Assembly (NCBI RefSeq): GCF_003918875.1 | Contig: NW_025765438.1 | Span: 1 to 64,000 of the forward strand | Origin: Haliotis rubra | Taxonomy: Eukaryota | Direction of reading: 5' to 3' | Length of the DNA: 64,000 nucleotides | Shown here: in pieces, positions 37,178-49,262 of the stretch | How positions within the stretch are numbered: position 1 is the stretch's first letter | How the letters are laid out: every line of letters begins with the position of its first letter | Notes under the pieces: model-generated | The model's input: only the letters and a program-made list of their open reading frames with translations | Told to the model about the DNA's origin: nothing | The model's database searches: none | Position numbers and translations under genes: made by a program

Positions 37178-39310
37178 GAGGTCAGCTCTGCCCTGCGTTC
37201 AATAGGCAAAACGTTACGGAACATTCGGGACGTTTTGTCTGTTGGACGACCCGTTTCCTCGCAACGCTACGATAAACCGCGAACAGTCTGACGAGGTTGC
37301 ACGCGAATTGACCAAGTTGGCGGACGATGCATCAGTGTCATCAGTCGGGACATTTTACAAGTGCTCCGTGTGTGGCATCTTCTTTGCTACGATGGAAGCT
37401 ATTGTTGAGCATGATTGTGGTGAGTCCTGAAGACTTTTGAAGTACTTATACAATGGCGGTAACTTAATATTACCTATGAACCCAACGAAATCGCGGTTGA
37501 CACATGCCGCCATTATGGCCAAGTTAAAAATGTCTTGTTATTAGGATACAGCACTCTACTTTTGCAGCATCATTTTAGATGTGATCATGCTATGTCTGCA
37601 TTTTACACGCTCAGTGTTCCAAAAATATGTTCATGTTGCAATATGTTTCAAGACAGACCACCAGGGTACTGAGAAAACTGCAACACCGACTGAAATCAGT
37701 GCCATTGACGAACTCGGGACAGATGACACTGACAACGTGGAGAATGAAGTTCACAGTAAGTGATTCAGAAGGAAAATGCAATAGACATAACAGACTACAT
37801 ACATTCCAGTCAGAGTAAATATTGTTTGCAAATAGATTACGTGTATATTATAGTTCCCTATACATGTCGCACAGTATGTAGTACACTATTTCTTTACAGC
37901 TTCTACCAACTGCACGTGGGGGTACTCTGCGACCATCCTTCTAATTCAAGTGAGTGAGTGAGTTTAGTTTTACGCCGCACTCCAGCAATATTCCAGCTAT
38001 ATGGCGGCGGTCTGTAAATAATCGAGTCTGGACCAGACAATCCAGTGATCAACAGCATGAGCATCGATCTGCGCAATTGGGAACCGATGACATGTGTCAA
38101 CCAAGTCAGCAAAACTGACCACCCGATCCCGTTAGTCGCCTCTTACGACAAGATAGTCGCCTTTTATGGCAAGCACATGGGTTGCTGAAGACCTATTCTA
38201 CCCCGGATCTTCACGGGTCCCTTCTAATTGAAACCTACAGAGATCTTCAATATATTTTTAAATCTTCTGCCTACAAAAAGATTGATGCTTGGAAACGAGT
38301 GGCCAAAGAGTTACAAAAACAGAATTATAGTTATACCGCAGATCAGTGTGACAAAAAATGAGAAGCTTGAAGTACAGGTAATTTTTGAGATGTCATTTGT
38401 CTAACTGAATAGATTGTAAACATTGTTGTCATCTTTGCTAAAAGTGATGCATTATGTTAGTGTTCATTTTACAAGATGATAATTCATATAAATGTATTAT
38501 CGGTAGGTAAATGACACTTCAATTGAAGAGTCACAGAAATTGTTTGTTTGATTTCTTTAAATCTAACTGGAAAAAAATGCTTAGTGTATTCACTTTAGAG
38601 TTAAAATGATAACTTTATATTTTGATCAGACTGATACGGCCAGTGTCTGTTATTAAATGTATTCAGTAAGTGTACGTCTTTATTCAGACACATGGTAAAA
38701 GTTGACGGAAACGGCAAAACTGGAAGGGGAAAACGGACTTGGGAATTTTTCGATCTTATGGAAGATCTGCAGGCTGGCAACCCATCAGTCCGGCAAACCA
38801 TAACAGTCTCTTCACTTGAAGGTATGTGCAAATGTTTCTCTGAATGACAAATTAAGAAGAATGATCTATAACCACTATGGGGTGACGGAACTCGTCACAG
38901 GTTCATTATAATTTTGCATGCCACAAATATAATGCTAATAAAAAACGATAGAACAAAAATTTTATGGATTGAAAGAGTAAACATATCTTTATTATATTTT
39001 ACTACTGTTGTTCACATTAGGTGTATGGTGTAGAAAACGTCTTGTTTGTGTATATTGTTGCAGGTGAAAAGCCCAAGAAACAACTTGTTGTGCTCCGTCA
39101 GCTTCAGAATCTCCCTCCACATCCTTAGCATCTTCATCGGCTGAGACACCATCTAAGGCTGGTCGGAAGCGACAAGCATCAGAATGGTTTAAGCAGTTTA
39201 CAGAGGAAAACAAAAACAGTCGTCCCAGTTGGTCATGCAACAAGCAACAGCAAATGAAGTAGCGGAAAGAAAGAAATGAAATATTGAAGGCTATCTTAAA
39301 CAAAAAGTAG
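37178..39310 (+). pseudogene. Harbinger accessory Myb/SANT-like (trihelix) DNA-binding gene with introns, disrupted
   Basis: C2HC finger YKCSVCGIFF..EHDC (~37360); W..LLIETYR..AWKRVAKELQ..YTADQCDKK.RSLKYR (~37915-38377, split by a SINE); GRGKRTWEFFDLME (~38725); convergent with the Harbinger transposase. Confidence 0.78.
37950..38219 (-). mobile_element. Full-length family B short retroposon (non-tRNA structured head) with ~13-bp TSD
   Basis: TSD ccttctaatt(c/g)aa; head gacccgtgaagatccggggtagaataggtcttcagcaaccc..gtcgtaagaggcgactaacggg; same tail as family A. Other copies near 12548, 19430, 27350, 44870, 49520, 52920, 57620, 61090, 63663. Confidence 0.88.
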
Positions 39311-39839
39311 AGGAGTATGTCTCTTTCATGTCTATTTTCTGGTTCCCGATGGACACTTTTTAGCCATACCTACTCAAAGGCTAAGGGTCATCCAAGCAGT
39401 AGTTATCTTTACAAGAACTTTAAATATTTGCAGCTTCCAGTTTTGGTTTTATTTTGATCCTTGTGAATATCAATGTTCATGCCTTACCTGAGACTTATCG
39501 TTTTTGATGTTTGAGTAATATATTTTCAGCAAACCATAACAGTGACCTTTGTTACAATTTTAGCAAGCCATGCTGTGGACATTAGTTAACCAGTGGATTT
39601 TCCAGTCTGAGGACATGTTGAAAACCAAAATGTTTATTTATTTTTGTTAACAGATCATGTAATCGCTGTTGACAAGTTGGGCCAAGTTGATGAAAAGAAT
39701 GAACAAAAAGTGCCAAACTTTTTTATTTTATTGTTTTATTTATTTTAATAAATAATTTAAAAAGCAGATTGTTATCAGTTTGTCTTTATTATTACATTGA
39801 AGTCACCATGAGTTAAGGGTCTTGAAAACACAGATTAAA

Positions 39840-40530
39840 TCTACAGGAGAAGGGCAATGTCATTCCTCTTTGCAACAGCATCAGCTGGCAACCCTCGAGT
39901 AGTGCCTCTTCATCGATCAACTCATCTGCCTGGTGATTGTCATCACCAATAATGTCATCATGAAACATTTCCCTCATGAGAATAAAATTATGCAACACAC
40001 ATGCTGCTACAATGAAGTTGCACATTTCCCTCTGTTAGCTGCATGTCAAGATACTTCAGCCTCCGAAATCTACATTTCAGGAGTCCTATAGCTCTTTCAA
40101 CATCCACCCTTGTTGATGCATGGCATTTGTTAAACTTCTTTTCTGCAAGGGATAAATGCCCATTGTCCTTGAATGGAACCATGATGTACGGAGCAAGTGG
40201 CTAGGCTGAATCACCAATAAGATGGAAGTCGGGTGGCAAATATCCTTGCTCAAGTTTGCGTCTTAATGGGCTGTTCTTGAAAATTCTGCAGTCATGAACC
40301 GACCCCAGCCAGCCTATATAAATGTCGGTGAACTGCAGTTTGGCGTCGCAAACGACCTGTAACTGCATGCTCGAGTAACCCTTCCTGTTGATGAATGCTT
40401 CTCTATTACAGGATGTACCAAAGATTGGAATATGAGTACCGTCAATGGCACCAATAACTTTAGGGAATCAACACCGTTTGGAAAATCCTTCAACCACAGC
40501 CCCTAGTTCATTGAGAGTAGGCAACTTTGC
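39840..40530 (-). mobile_element. PIF/Harbinger DDE transposase (HARBI1-like), 5'-truncated, with stops
   Basis: GAIDGTHIPI, NRKGYSSMQLQVVCD, GSVHD, LIGDSA, FN..H..TRV.VERAIGLLK.RFR.L, ACVLHNF. Confidence 0.93.
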
Positions 40531-41321
40531 AAGCGGGAAGAGATCAGTTATTGACGTCGCAAGAACAATGGGATGCAGCCGTCGTACAGTGTATGACTTG
40601 CGAGGTCGTCTACAACAAACTGGCACCACTTCTGATCGCCCAAGGTCGGGTCGTCCACGTGTGACGTCACGAGCAGAAGACCGTCAAATCGTCCTACGTC
40701 ACCCACGTGACAGATTTCTGCCGGCTACACGAACCAGGGCTGAGATGTTTAGAGGTCGACTGTCCTCACAGACCATTCGAAATCGGTTGCGGGCTGCCAA
40801 TCTCCATTCTCGACGTCCATATCGTGGGCCGATATTGACGCTGTTCGGATAGATTCGGGGGCGGCAGTTGCATGGTGTGGGGTGCTTTCTGTGGGAACAA
40901 CCGTTCCCGACTTCTGGTCATCCGTGGAAACCTCACAGCTGCTGTTTACCGCGACCAGGTGCTCACCCCTGAACTCGTTCCTTTCATGGCGGCTCATGGC
41001 CCAGGTCTACAGTTCCAGCATGATAATGCTCGGCCGCATACCGCGATGTTGACACGAAATTTCCTTCAAAACGCTGGAATCAACGTCATGGACTGGCCAT
41101 CGAGGTCCCCTGACCTTAATCCAATAGAGCACGTTTGGGATGCACTTGGGAGAAGGCTTCGTGGTCCTAGGAACAAACCTCAGAATTTGAAGGAACTTGG
41201 CGCTGTCTTGCAAGAGCAATGGCGCAGAATCCCCAACCACGTGTTCACAAGCATCAGGCAGTCGATGAGGAGACGGTGTTTGGCAGTGGTGAATGCTCGG
41301 AGCGGCCATACACGATATTGA
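40530..41321 (+). mobile_element. Second Tc1 transposase, internally deleted and 5'-truncated
   Basis: RSGRPRVTS..EDR.I, MVWGAF, FQHDNARPH, WPSRSPDLNPIEHVW. Confidence 0.92.
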
Positions 41322-41589
41322 ACTAAGAAATTTCGCATATTTATTCTTGTGACTTGACATTCTGTATACCCATGTTTTGGAACGGCGGTATAGCCTAATG
41401 GAACTGATTATGGCACTGTCAGTGTATCGAGTACATCACACAGATCTCAGCAATGACATAATAACAATTTAAAATCTCTCCATCTCTTGTTCTTTTATAG
41501 TGCCCTGAAGAAAGAATGTGAAGTTCCTTTTTTTGACTCAGTATAGTTAAGCTTCAACTTGTAAGATTCGTTAACCCAATTTAATGAAG

Positions 41590-41960
41590 TTGGTTTCATC
41601 TTGTAAACAGCTGGGGCAAGAGTTATCGCCCTGTAGTTTAGTGGGTCCAACTTGTCAACCGTCGATGATTTTGGTATTGGATTGATAATACCCTCCGACC
41701 ACATTCTTGGGATTTTAGCTGATCTGAAACATACATTAATTAGTTTGTGTAATAGTCCCACAGTTAATTCCCCTTTCAGCAGTTGTGTCGGTATCTCGTC
41801 CACGCCCGGTGCTTTCCCACTCTTTGCTTTCATAAGAGCTGACTTCATTTCTTCCAGACTGATCTCCTCATCTAACTCGGGCTGTGTCACGTCATCTTCA
41901 GACGCCAAGCCATCGTCCGTGACGTCATTTTTGTTTCCCGTTCCATTCAGAAGGAGTTCA
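41590..41960 (-). mobile_element. Non-LTR (LINE) reverse transcriptase N-terminal fragment
   Basis: EISLEEMKSAL..KSGKAPGVDEIP..W..GII.PIPK..DPLNYRAITL. Confidence 0.88.
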
Positions 41961-42351
41961 TAGTCTGAATACCATTCAAATGGCATGGGCCCTATACACA
42001 CAACACGAATGTAATTAAAGCCTCACTTGACGCCGTGGTCCAGACGGTCATACCCCACTTTGCCGGACAGCTGATGTGATGATAACGGATTAAGAGTAAC
42101 GGTCCGCTGGTTTGCCGGCTATAGTCTGTTTTCAGTGAGTAATTGTCACCTGTAGTCTCATTTGGGGACAGCAGAGTTTGGCAGCTGAGTTCGAACTCAT
42201 TATTACTAAGCATCAATTTGTTTGGAGGAACTCGATTTCAGTAACTAATTTGACTGACTGAACACGAATTATATTAAATTGAGTGAACCTTATTCCAAGG
42301 GCTATTTCTGCCTGTATATAAACACGGTAGACATGATTCCGTAATTGCAAA

Positions 42352-42455
42352 ATGGCAAACGCACAAGTTAACATTGAATTCATTCCGAATTCAAGAGGAG
42401 GTAGACACTTAATCTATCTTGGTGACAAGTTTAGGGTTAAGAGCACAAAAGGGAT
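42352..42455 (+). mobile_element. FLYWCH-like start of a second MULE fragment
   Basis: MANAQVNIEFIPNSRGGRHLIYLG resembles MANAQLDQRFIPTARGSRYLVVGG at 42867. Confidence 0.55.
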
Positions 42456-42586
42456 CTTGTCTCTAGCTGAAGTGTAGTGTGTTATACCGTTTGTTAGATC
42501 GAAACAGACTATAACTTAATCCCCTATTGTTATAGGGATTATCGCGCATCAGCGATTTTTATTCCGAACAAAAGCGTCCGGCAAAG

Positions 42587-43653
42587 TGGGAACGGTGTCG
42601 TCTCAGGACGCCGACCTTTCGATTTTCCACTAGTCTCAGGACGCCGACCTGCGGTTTCCTTTGAAGGTTAGGTTCTGATTAGGCTTAGTTAGCGTTGCGG
42701 ATAATCTACTCTAGATGTTTTGATAAGGTGAACTCGTCGCACATGTCACTTCCAATTGATTGAAAAGTTTACAATAACACTTAGTAGAGTGCCAATATTG
42801 AACATTGTTCATATCTTTGGTAGAAATATCTATGGAATGGCCAAAGGATTCACATTCTATTTCGAAATGGCAAATGCACAGCTAGATCAGAGATTCATCC
42901 CTACAGCTCGCGGCAGTCGTTACTTGGTTGTTGGCGGGTTCATGTGCAGAGTCAGCAAGAGAAAACGAGACTGGATATCTTGGATATGTACTGCAAAAGA
43001 CTGATGAAGACCGCTGCCGACAACTCGGAGACTACATGACCAACTTCTGGGTGGAGGGAGGTCTGCACACGACGCAATGGAACCACCACAACACAGATGG
43101 GCCAAGAACAAACAACCACCTAGAAGGGTGGCATTCACGCCTGAAGAAATACGTCGGCAAGGCTCATCCAAACATTTTCGAGATTGTGTCGTTCCTGTCT
43201 CGAGAACAGACCAACACCGAAAACAAGCTGGTTCAGTATGCTGCTGGCCAGAAGCGTCCGTCCAAGAAGAGGAAATACAGGGATTTGAGCGACGACTGGA
43301 TGACATTTGTCACCGGCTTGAACAAGGAACACTGTCCGTGAGGCAGTTTGCTGATTCAGCACCCCACCTATTGCATTTAGGTTAAAATCTGTGAAAAATG
43401 TATGCTATATGAATTTACGATGTATTTATTAAAAATGCTAAAAACTGTCAACTGATAAAAATCTGTCATCTGTTGTCATCTTCTCATTAGGTGCGCTCTC
43501 ATCCTCCTCTAACAACTCTTTGATCCTGCATTGTCCTCGAATCCATTATTAATTAGCAAAATGAAACTAGTCTCAGGACGTCGACCTTTATATTTCACTC
43601 TACCGTAAAGTTTGGTCGAAAGGTCGGCGTTATGAGCTTGAACCGTGGGAACC
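42587..43653 (+). mobile_element. MULE deletion derivative (FLYWCH fused to transposase C-terminus)
   Basis: FIPTARG..L...G....W.C; Y...W..WN..PRTNNHLEGWH.RL..HPNIFE; subterminal acgccgacctttcga in inverted orientation at both ends. Confidence 0.8.
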
Positions 43654-46600
43654 CGCCGTCCAGACTTGACGACATATTTTTTCACAAGATTAACCGGGAG
43701 AAACCTGAAATAATTAGTCAACATAAATGATTGATCAATCAATCAATCTTTACTCTCTTTAACCACCCACGGTGGTACAAGAGCATGGGATATATAGTAT
43801 ACATAAATTTAATTCCATTGTTGGAAGATCGTTGCATAATTTAAAGTTTTTAACTGCAAACATGAAAGATTTACTGTTTGACGTCATGCAACAGCTGTCA
43901 CTCTGAAGTATATTGCATCACTTCTTTCCGCTTTGTTAGTTATCCAGTGCATTCCAAACGATTACGCCGCTTCCATATCCAACCATGCATGTCAACATTA
44001 TGGCGTGGTCAGAGACCGAATAGAGATCCTGAGATCCATCCACGTGTTAACACTGACTTCTACGGAGCATCCAGATGATAACATAAAGGATGTACAATTA
44101 TGGATGTTAAGCTGCATTAGGAGGGACACGACGAACCTACGGGAGGTCATTGCCATCAGGAGTGCCCAGCTATCAACCGTGACCAAGGTAAACACCTGAG
44201 TATCTACTGTCTCCTGTTGTTAAGCCCCCAGCATTGTCCTCAAATCGACACGGGTATCTCAATCATTCTTGGCTTGTTCCTGCAGGAGTCGAGGGTAGAA
44301 TTGATCTTCAGCAAAGGCACGGCAGGTATTGACTAATGGCGTCGGGTGAACAGGCACTCCGACCTGATGTATGCATGTCCTGAAGGCATATGTTATTATT
44401 ATCATTATTATAACATATTTATATAGCGCACATATCCACGCAACCTGTGCTTGCTCAAGGCGCTGATATTTTTTCCCTCGATTATTGGATGTCAATCTCA
44501 ACGGCACATCGTATTATCGATCTCAACTCCTGGGGAGTACCAAGGCGCACCAAGTTAATGTGACTTTCTCATCCTAACGAGGTACCCATTCACAGATGGG
44601 TGGACTGGGACGATAGTCACAGTACTTTTGTCCAAGTTTACTGCACGTTGATGTACCCGCAACTAGGTTTTTTGCAAGTAATCATGTGGACACCATCTCG
44701 TCATATACCAACAGATTCCATTCCTAAATCGCAACAGATCCACATCTTAAAGATGGATTATATGTGGACATAGCTTTTGGCAGGTTTTTTTCTCTGATAC
44801 AAAATCCAATACCATGCTCATTTTACGACGGAAGAGTGAGGGGTGTGGTATTACAGAGATTTGACGTGGGGTTGTTGTTTTACGCCGCACTCAGCAATAT
44901 TCCTGCTATATGGCGGTGGTCTGTAAGTAATCAAGTCTGGACCCGACAATCCAGTGATCAACAGCATGACCATCGATCTACGCAACTGGTTACTATGCAT
45001 AGGATACATACATCTATAGGAAGATTTGTTAAACAACGATTATGACAATCCGACATAGCGTCTCATTTCATATGTGAAATAGGTAAGGTATAACTGCAGT
45101 GTATAAGTACAGCCGTTCTCCAAATGAACGATAAAAATAAGTCAGAAAAATGTTCCTCTAGCAAGACAATTGAGACAGTTTCATATGTCGTCCCGAAGCA
45201 TTTTGTTGTTGACGTGAATAATTTGGTCACACGACAGTGAGCTGGCTGAGTCACTAGTGCATTCATCTAAACACGAAGGGAAAGGAAATGCGGCTGACAG
45301 ACGGGTCATAGTACAGAATACATTATACACAAGTATTGTACAACATCCGATGCTGTCGTTGATACACTATAGGCAGGGCAAACGACATGGGTTCGTTCAT
45401 GTTTTACAACTGACCTTGGAAAAAGTTAATCACAGGTAAGTCATCATTAAAAAAGTCCAGATGATATGCAATTGTGGCCAGTTTAAGAAATCGAAAGAAT
45501 ACGTGGCAGACACGTATAACTGTGGATCGAATCCCACTTCTCTGTGATTCTGGTTTTAGTATTCCACCATCATAACACATTTCGTAGATTTCACCGAAGA
45601 CATCAGTAAAACTGTCAAACGGAAGTACTGTTGAAGGCGCCGTTAAAGAAATTCGCTCACTCATACTCAGTATTCTCCCTTTCTCACTGAATATATCGCT
45701 TTGTTGATCTCGCGTGATCGTGTGCGTAATATCTGACTGCAATTATTCTATAACCAGCGCGCTGAACATACAGATGGCAAACGGAAATAATATGACCTCC
45801 TGTTATAGGGACTAATTCAGGACAGCCATCGTCCAAATATTTAAAATGTAAAAACTCAAGACATGTGAGACTTTATTGTAATTATTTATATGATGCTAGT
45901 CTGTATTCCATTGTATTCCGCATTGTACATTGACTTGTCAGGCAATTAATTACTGTATATGACATTTATAACCTTTATTGGTCATCCCCTTGGCCGTGTC
46001 TGCAATCACATCAACTGGTCAAGGAAGTGCTATTGTTTTTCTATCTGTCCATTGTTGAGTCGTCGCCTGTCCATTGTTGTCAAAACTGTATATATACTTA
46101 GTATGCCCACATCTATACTGTGAAGGAGTACGAGTCTGGTATTCCGACTGGCTATGTTGGGACGACCACAAGCAGGATAATGCCGCTCGTAGGAAACGTC
46201 CTGGGGTTGAGCAGGTACTCCGCTCACCACATTTATGTCCAGTGTATTTGTTTGTCATGTAACTAAAGAAGTTTGAACTCGACGTATTCCTTCGTCTTGT
46301 CAACGTATTGTACGTACACCTCAACTTAAACATGAGCTTATTCCCCAGTCGACGCATATACCACGCGTTGACACTCATTACTCGCATTGCTGGACCCCAA
46401 GTCTAATGTAGGATTAACCTACTATACGTGTTGTTCCTGTTCTGGATCAGGCCTGTACGGGTCATTCATTATTTGTGTTGGGTTCGGTGCGAGGTCTTTG
46501 CGAAAGAATGTCCTTTCGTTGACACGTTTTAAAAAGTATATATTTATCATGAATTAATAACTATTTTTACTCACGAAATGGCTGCAGTAATGCCGCTGTG

Positions 46601-47040
46601 ACTATAAACTTTAACTCACTCACTTTGCTAAAGCCAAAATAGTTCATATCAGATAGCAAGGTTAAAAGTGAAGAGCAATTGAAAATGAGGAGTGTTTTAT
46701 TTCATTTTGAAATATACTGTTCATGACGTCAATTTCAGAGATTTGAACATTCGCTAGCAGCTTGATGACGCCGAAATTTGTACGGTTACATTTTACGAGC
46801 GTTGTGAGTTGGCGAGACATTGCAATCTGGAACTGCTTCTTTGATGGGCATTTTAGAAGTTGAGTTGATGAAGCATAATGACGCCTCCACAGAATAAAAG
46901 AAGTTGTATATCCATAATAATTGTCATTATTCTTAATCTCGAACTGGAAACAAAATTCAGATAATTACTAACATTTATAATTTTGACACATTTTATCTTT
47001 ATAAATATAACACACATGTTCATGAAATTTACTTGTCCCA

Positions 47041-47270
47041 ATTTGGGATTACACTTTCTTAGTAAAGTACAAATTCTAGGACTTTTTGAGTTGAGCCCCA
47101 TCCCATCTGGGATTCGAAATCACACCCTCAGAGTCAGGCACCTAATCACCAGCACACAAAGTCAGACGCCTAAGGTGTGAGTTCGAATCCCGGATGGGAT
47201 GGGGCTCAACTCAACTCAACTCCAAAAAGTACTAGAATTTGTACTTTACTAAGAAAGTGTTATCCCAAAT
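47041..47270. repeat. Foldback of a tRNA-SINE-like sequence (~85-bp arms)
   Basis: atttgggattacactttcttagtaaagtacaaattctag.. is mirrored at 47225-47270; B box gttcgaatcc in the arm. Confidence 0.8.
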
Positions 47271-49262
47271 ATAACATATGTTACATTTGACCTCTTTCTA
47301 AATGTCATTGTGTAATCGTCCCACATTTAAGCTATCTGTTTGTATTAATGTCGTCATCAACATTTAATCCTGAAACGTATTGTTCTAAAGTGTGTACACA
47401 TTTAATTACATCCCTAAAGAACGTTTGATATCTCATACAATATACAAACTAATGTTATTTGTATTCTTGAGGCGTTTGGTTTTTTTTGCTTGATAAATAC
47501 ATTCCCTCCATTGTATATATTTTGAACGCGGTCAGGGTGTCCGAATACAATGTGTGTGTAAAGTGTGCTTATTATATACATCCTCAACCAGTACACAGAA
47601 GAGACTGGACTGTCGAAAATAAATAAATACGGAAGTTGTAAAAATATTTTAGACAGTTGTGCAAATTATTTTACTCACTTTTCAATTAAGGTCACTTGGT
47701 CATGGTCCTTAAATTAAATCAATTTAAGGAATACAGCTTGCTCTATTTCTTTTCTCATATGCTAAATTTAATACACACAGGAATTATTCTAGGCAGAAAA
47801 CAAATAGAAAATCGACGGTGTCGTTGACCTAAATTTACAATCCTCGTACAGGGCTAACTGACGGGCTCTAACAGTAACGTGTCTGGAACCTGCCTCGTAT
47901 TATGTGTATTGTCAGTGTGTTTCAACTAGATGGTGACATCTGCGACCTGCATCCAGCTGATGATACCTAACATTATCACGAGCGTTGAACTTACAAACAA
48001 AAGGCGACATTAAGCCATATTTGCACACCCACTTAAAGACCAGTGTAACAGCTATTCGCAAGCCTACATTGTCATTCTTTGCTTAACTCCACACAGTTTG
48101 CCATTCATTTAATGCACAGCTGGAGAGGTCCAGGCTGTTTTGAAACGTTTGAAGTTTCAGCCCTTGCGTGTGCTACCCGCAGTTCATTTTTTCATTCATT
48201 CATATTAACGGAACATGCTATTACAGTCCATGACAAAAAAGTGACTGCACGACTGTATGACAGTGTCACTGTGTTCAAGTGAGCTTGTGTTTGATGAGTG
48301 TGTGATACGGACCAAACTGTGTACCTCGATAATGTGCAAACATTACCTCGTACTTGGCAATATACATGATCACCTTTCACAGTGATAAGCGATTTGGGTG
48401 TATTCACCGAGACACGTAGCTGATCACCATCTGGGTCACTGATAAAGGTTAGTCTGTTTTATTCCACATTTAACTTGAGGACGACTAGGTGAACGTCGTT
48501 CTGTACGCCACACAGTTACAGGAAACATCGACAAGGGGATTTGCCAGGCAATTGTTTAAATGGCTCTGTCAGTGAGGAAGTGAGACTATCAAGTGTATGT
48601 GAGTGTTTTGAGCAGTTTTTATGTTGTGTCATGGTGTGTCTAAAACCCATTTACAAAGTTTGTTTGATCAAGTTACAGCATTCAAGACCCCAGTAAAGTT
48701 TTTAAATTGCTTTATGGTAGACAGGTGGAGGGCATATCAAATACCAGTGACACCAAAAGATGCAAAATAAATCCCCATTGGAATCATTGCCTTTTGTTCC
48801 ATATTTTGAACACGACACTCAAAAGGTTTCTAAGCAGATTAGAGAGAGTGTGTATGTGTCGAGATAGTGGATGAAACTGAGTCAGTAAAGAGTCTACGGC
48901 AGATTGAAGACTGTGGCTACGTGGCGAGATAGTGGATGAAACTGAGTCAGTTTGGTTTATAAGACGGATTTGGGACAGTGTCTAAGTGTCGAGGTAATTG
49001 TTGAACCTGAGTAAGTGTAAAATGAACAGATCTGCTGGGTGAAAGGCAGCAGATGTGGGCGGGAAGTGTTTGATTCCGGGGTAAGCATGTATCCAGTAAA
49101 GGCGGGAAAATGTGAGAAAGAGTGGCTGACTGGCGGTAAATGAATGTGCCAGGTTCGTGAAACATTGGGAGTAAGTTATACTCCGTTTTGACGATCCATC
49201 CCAATAGGCAAACGTTGTTGTTGGGTGTGTCACTAATTTTATTTTTATTGTCGGTCGACAGA

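Noticed and set aside
40445-40852. Novel 135-aa fusion ORF
   Set aside because: The N-terminus is antisense Harbinger sequence running into a truncated Tc1 frame
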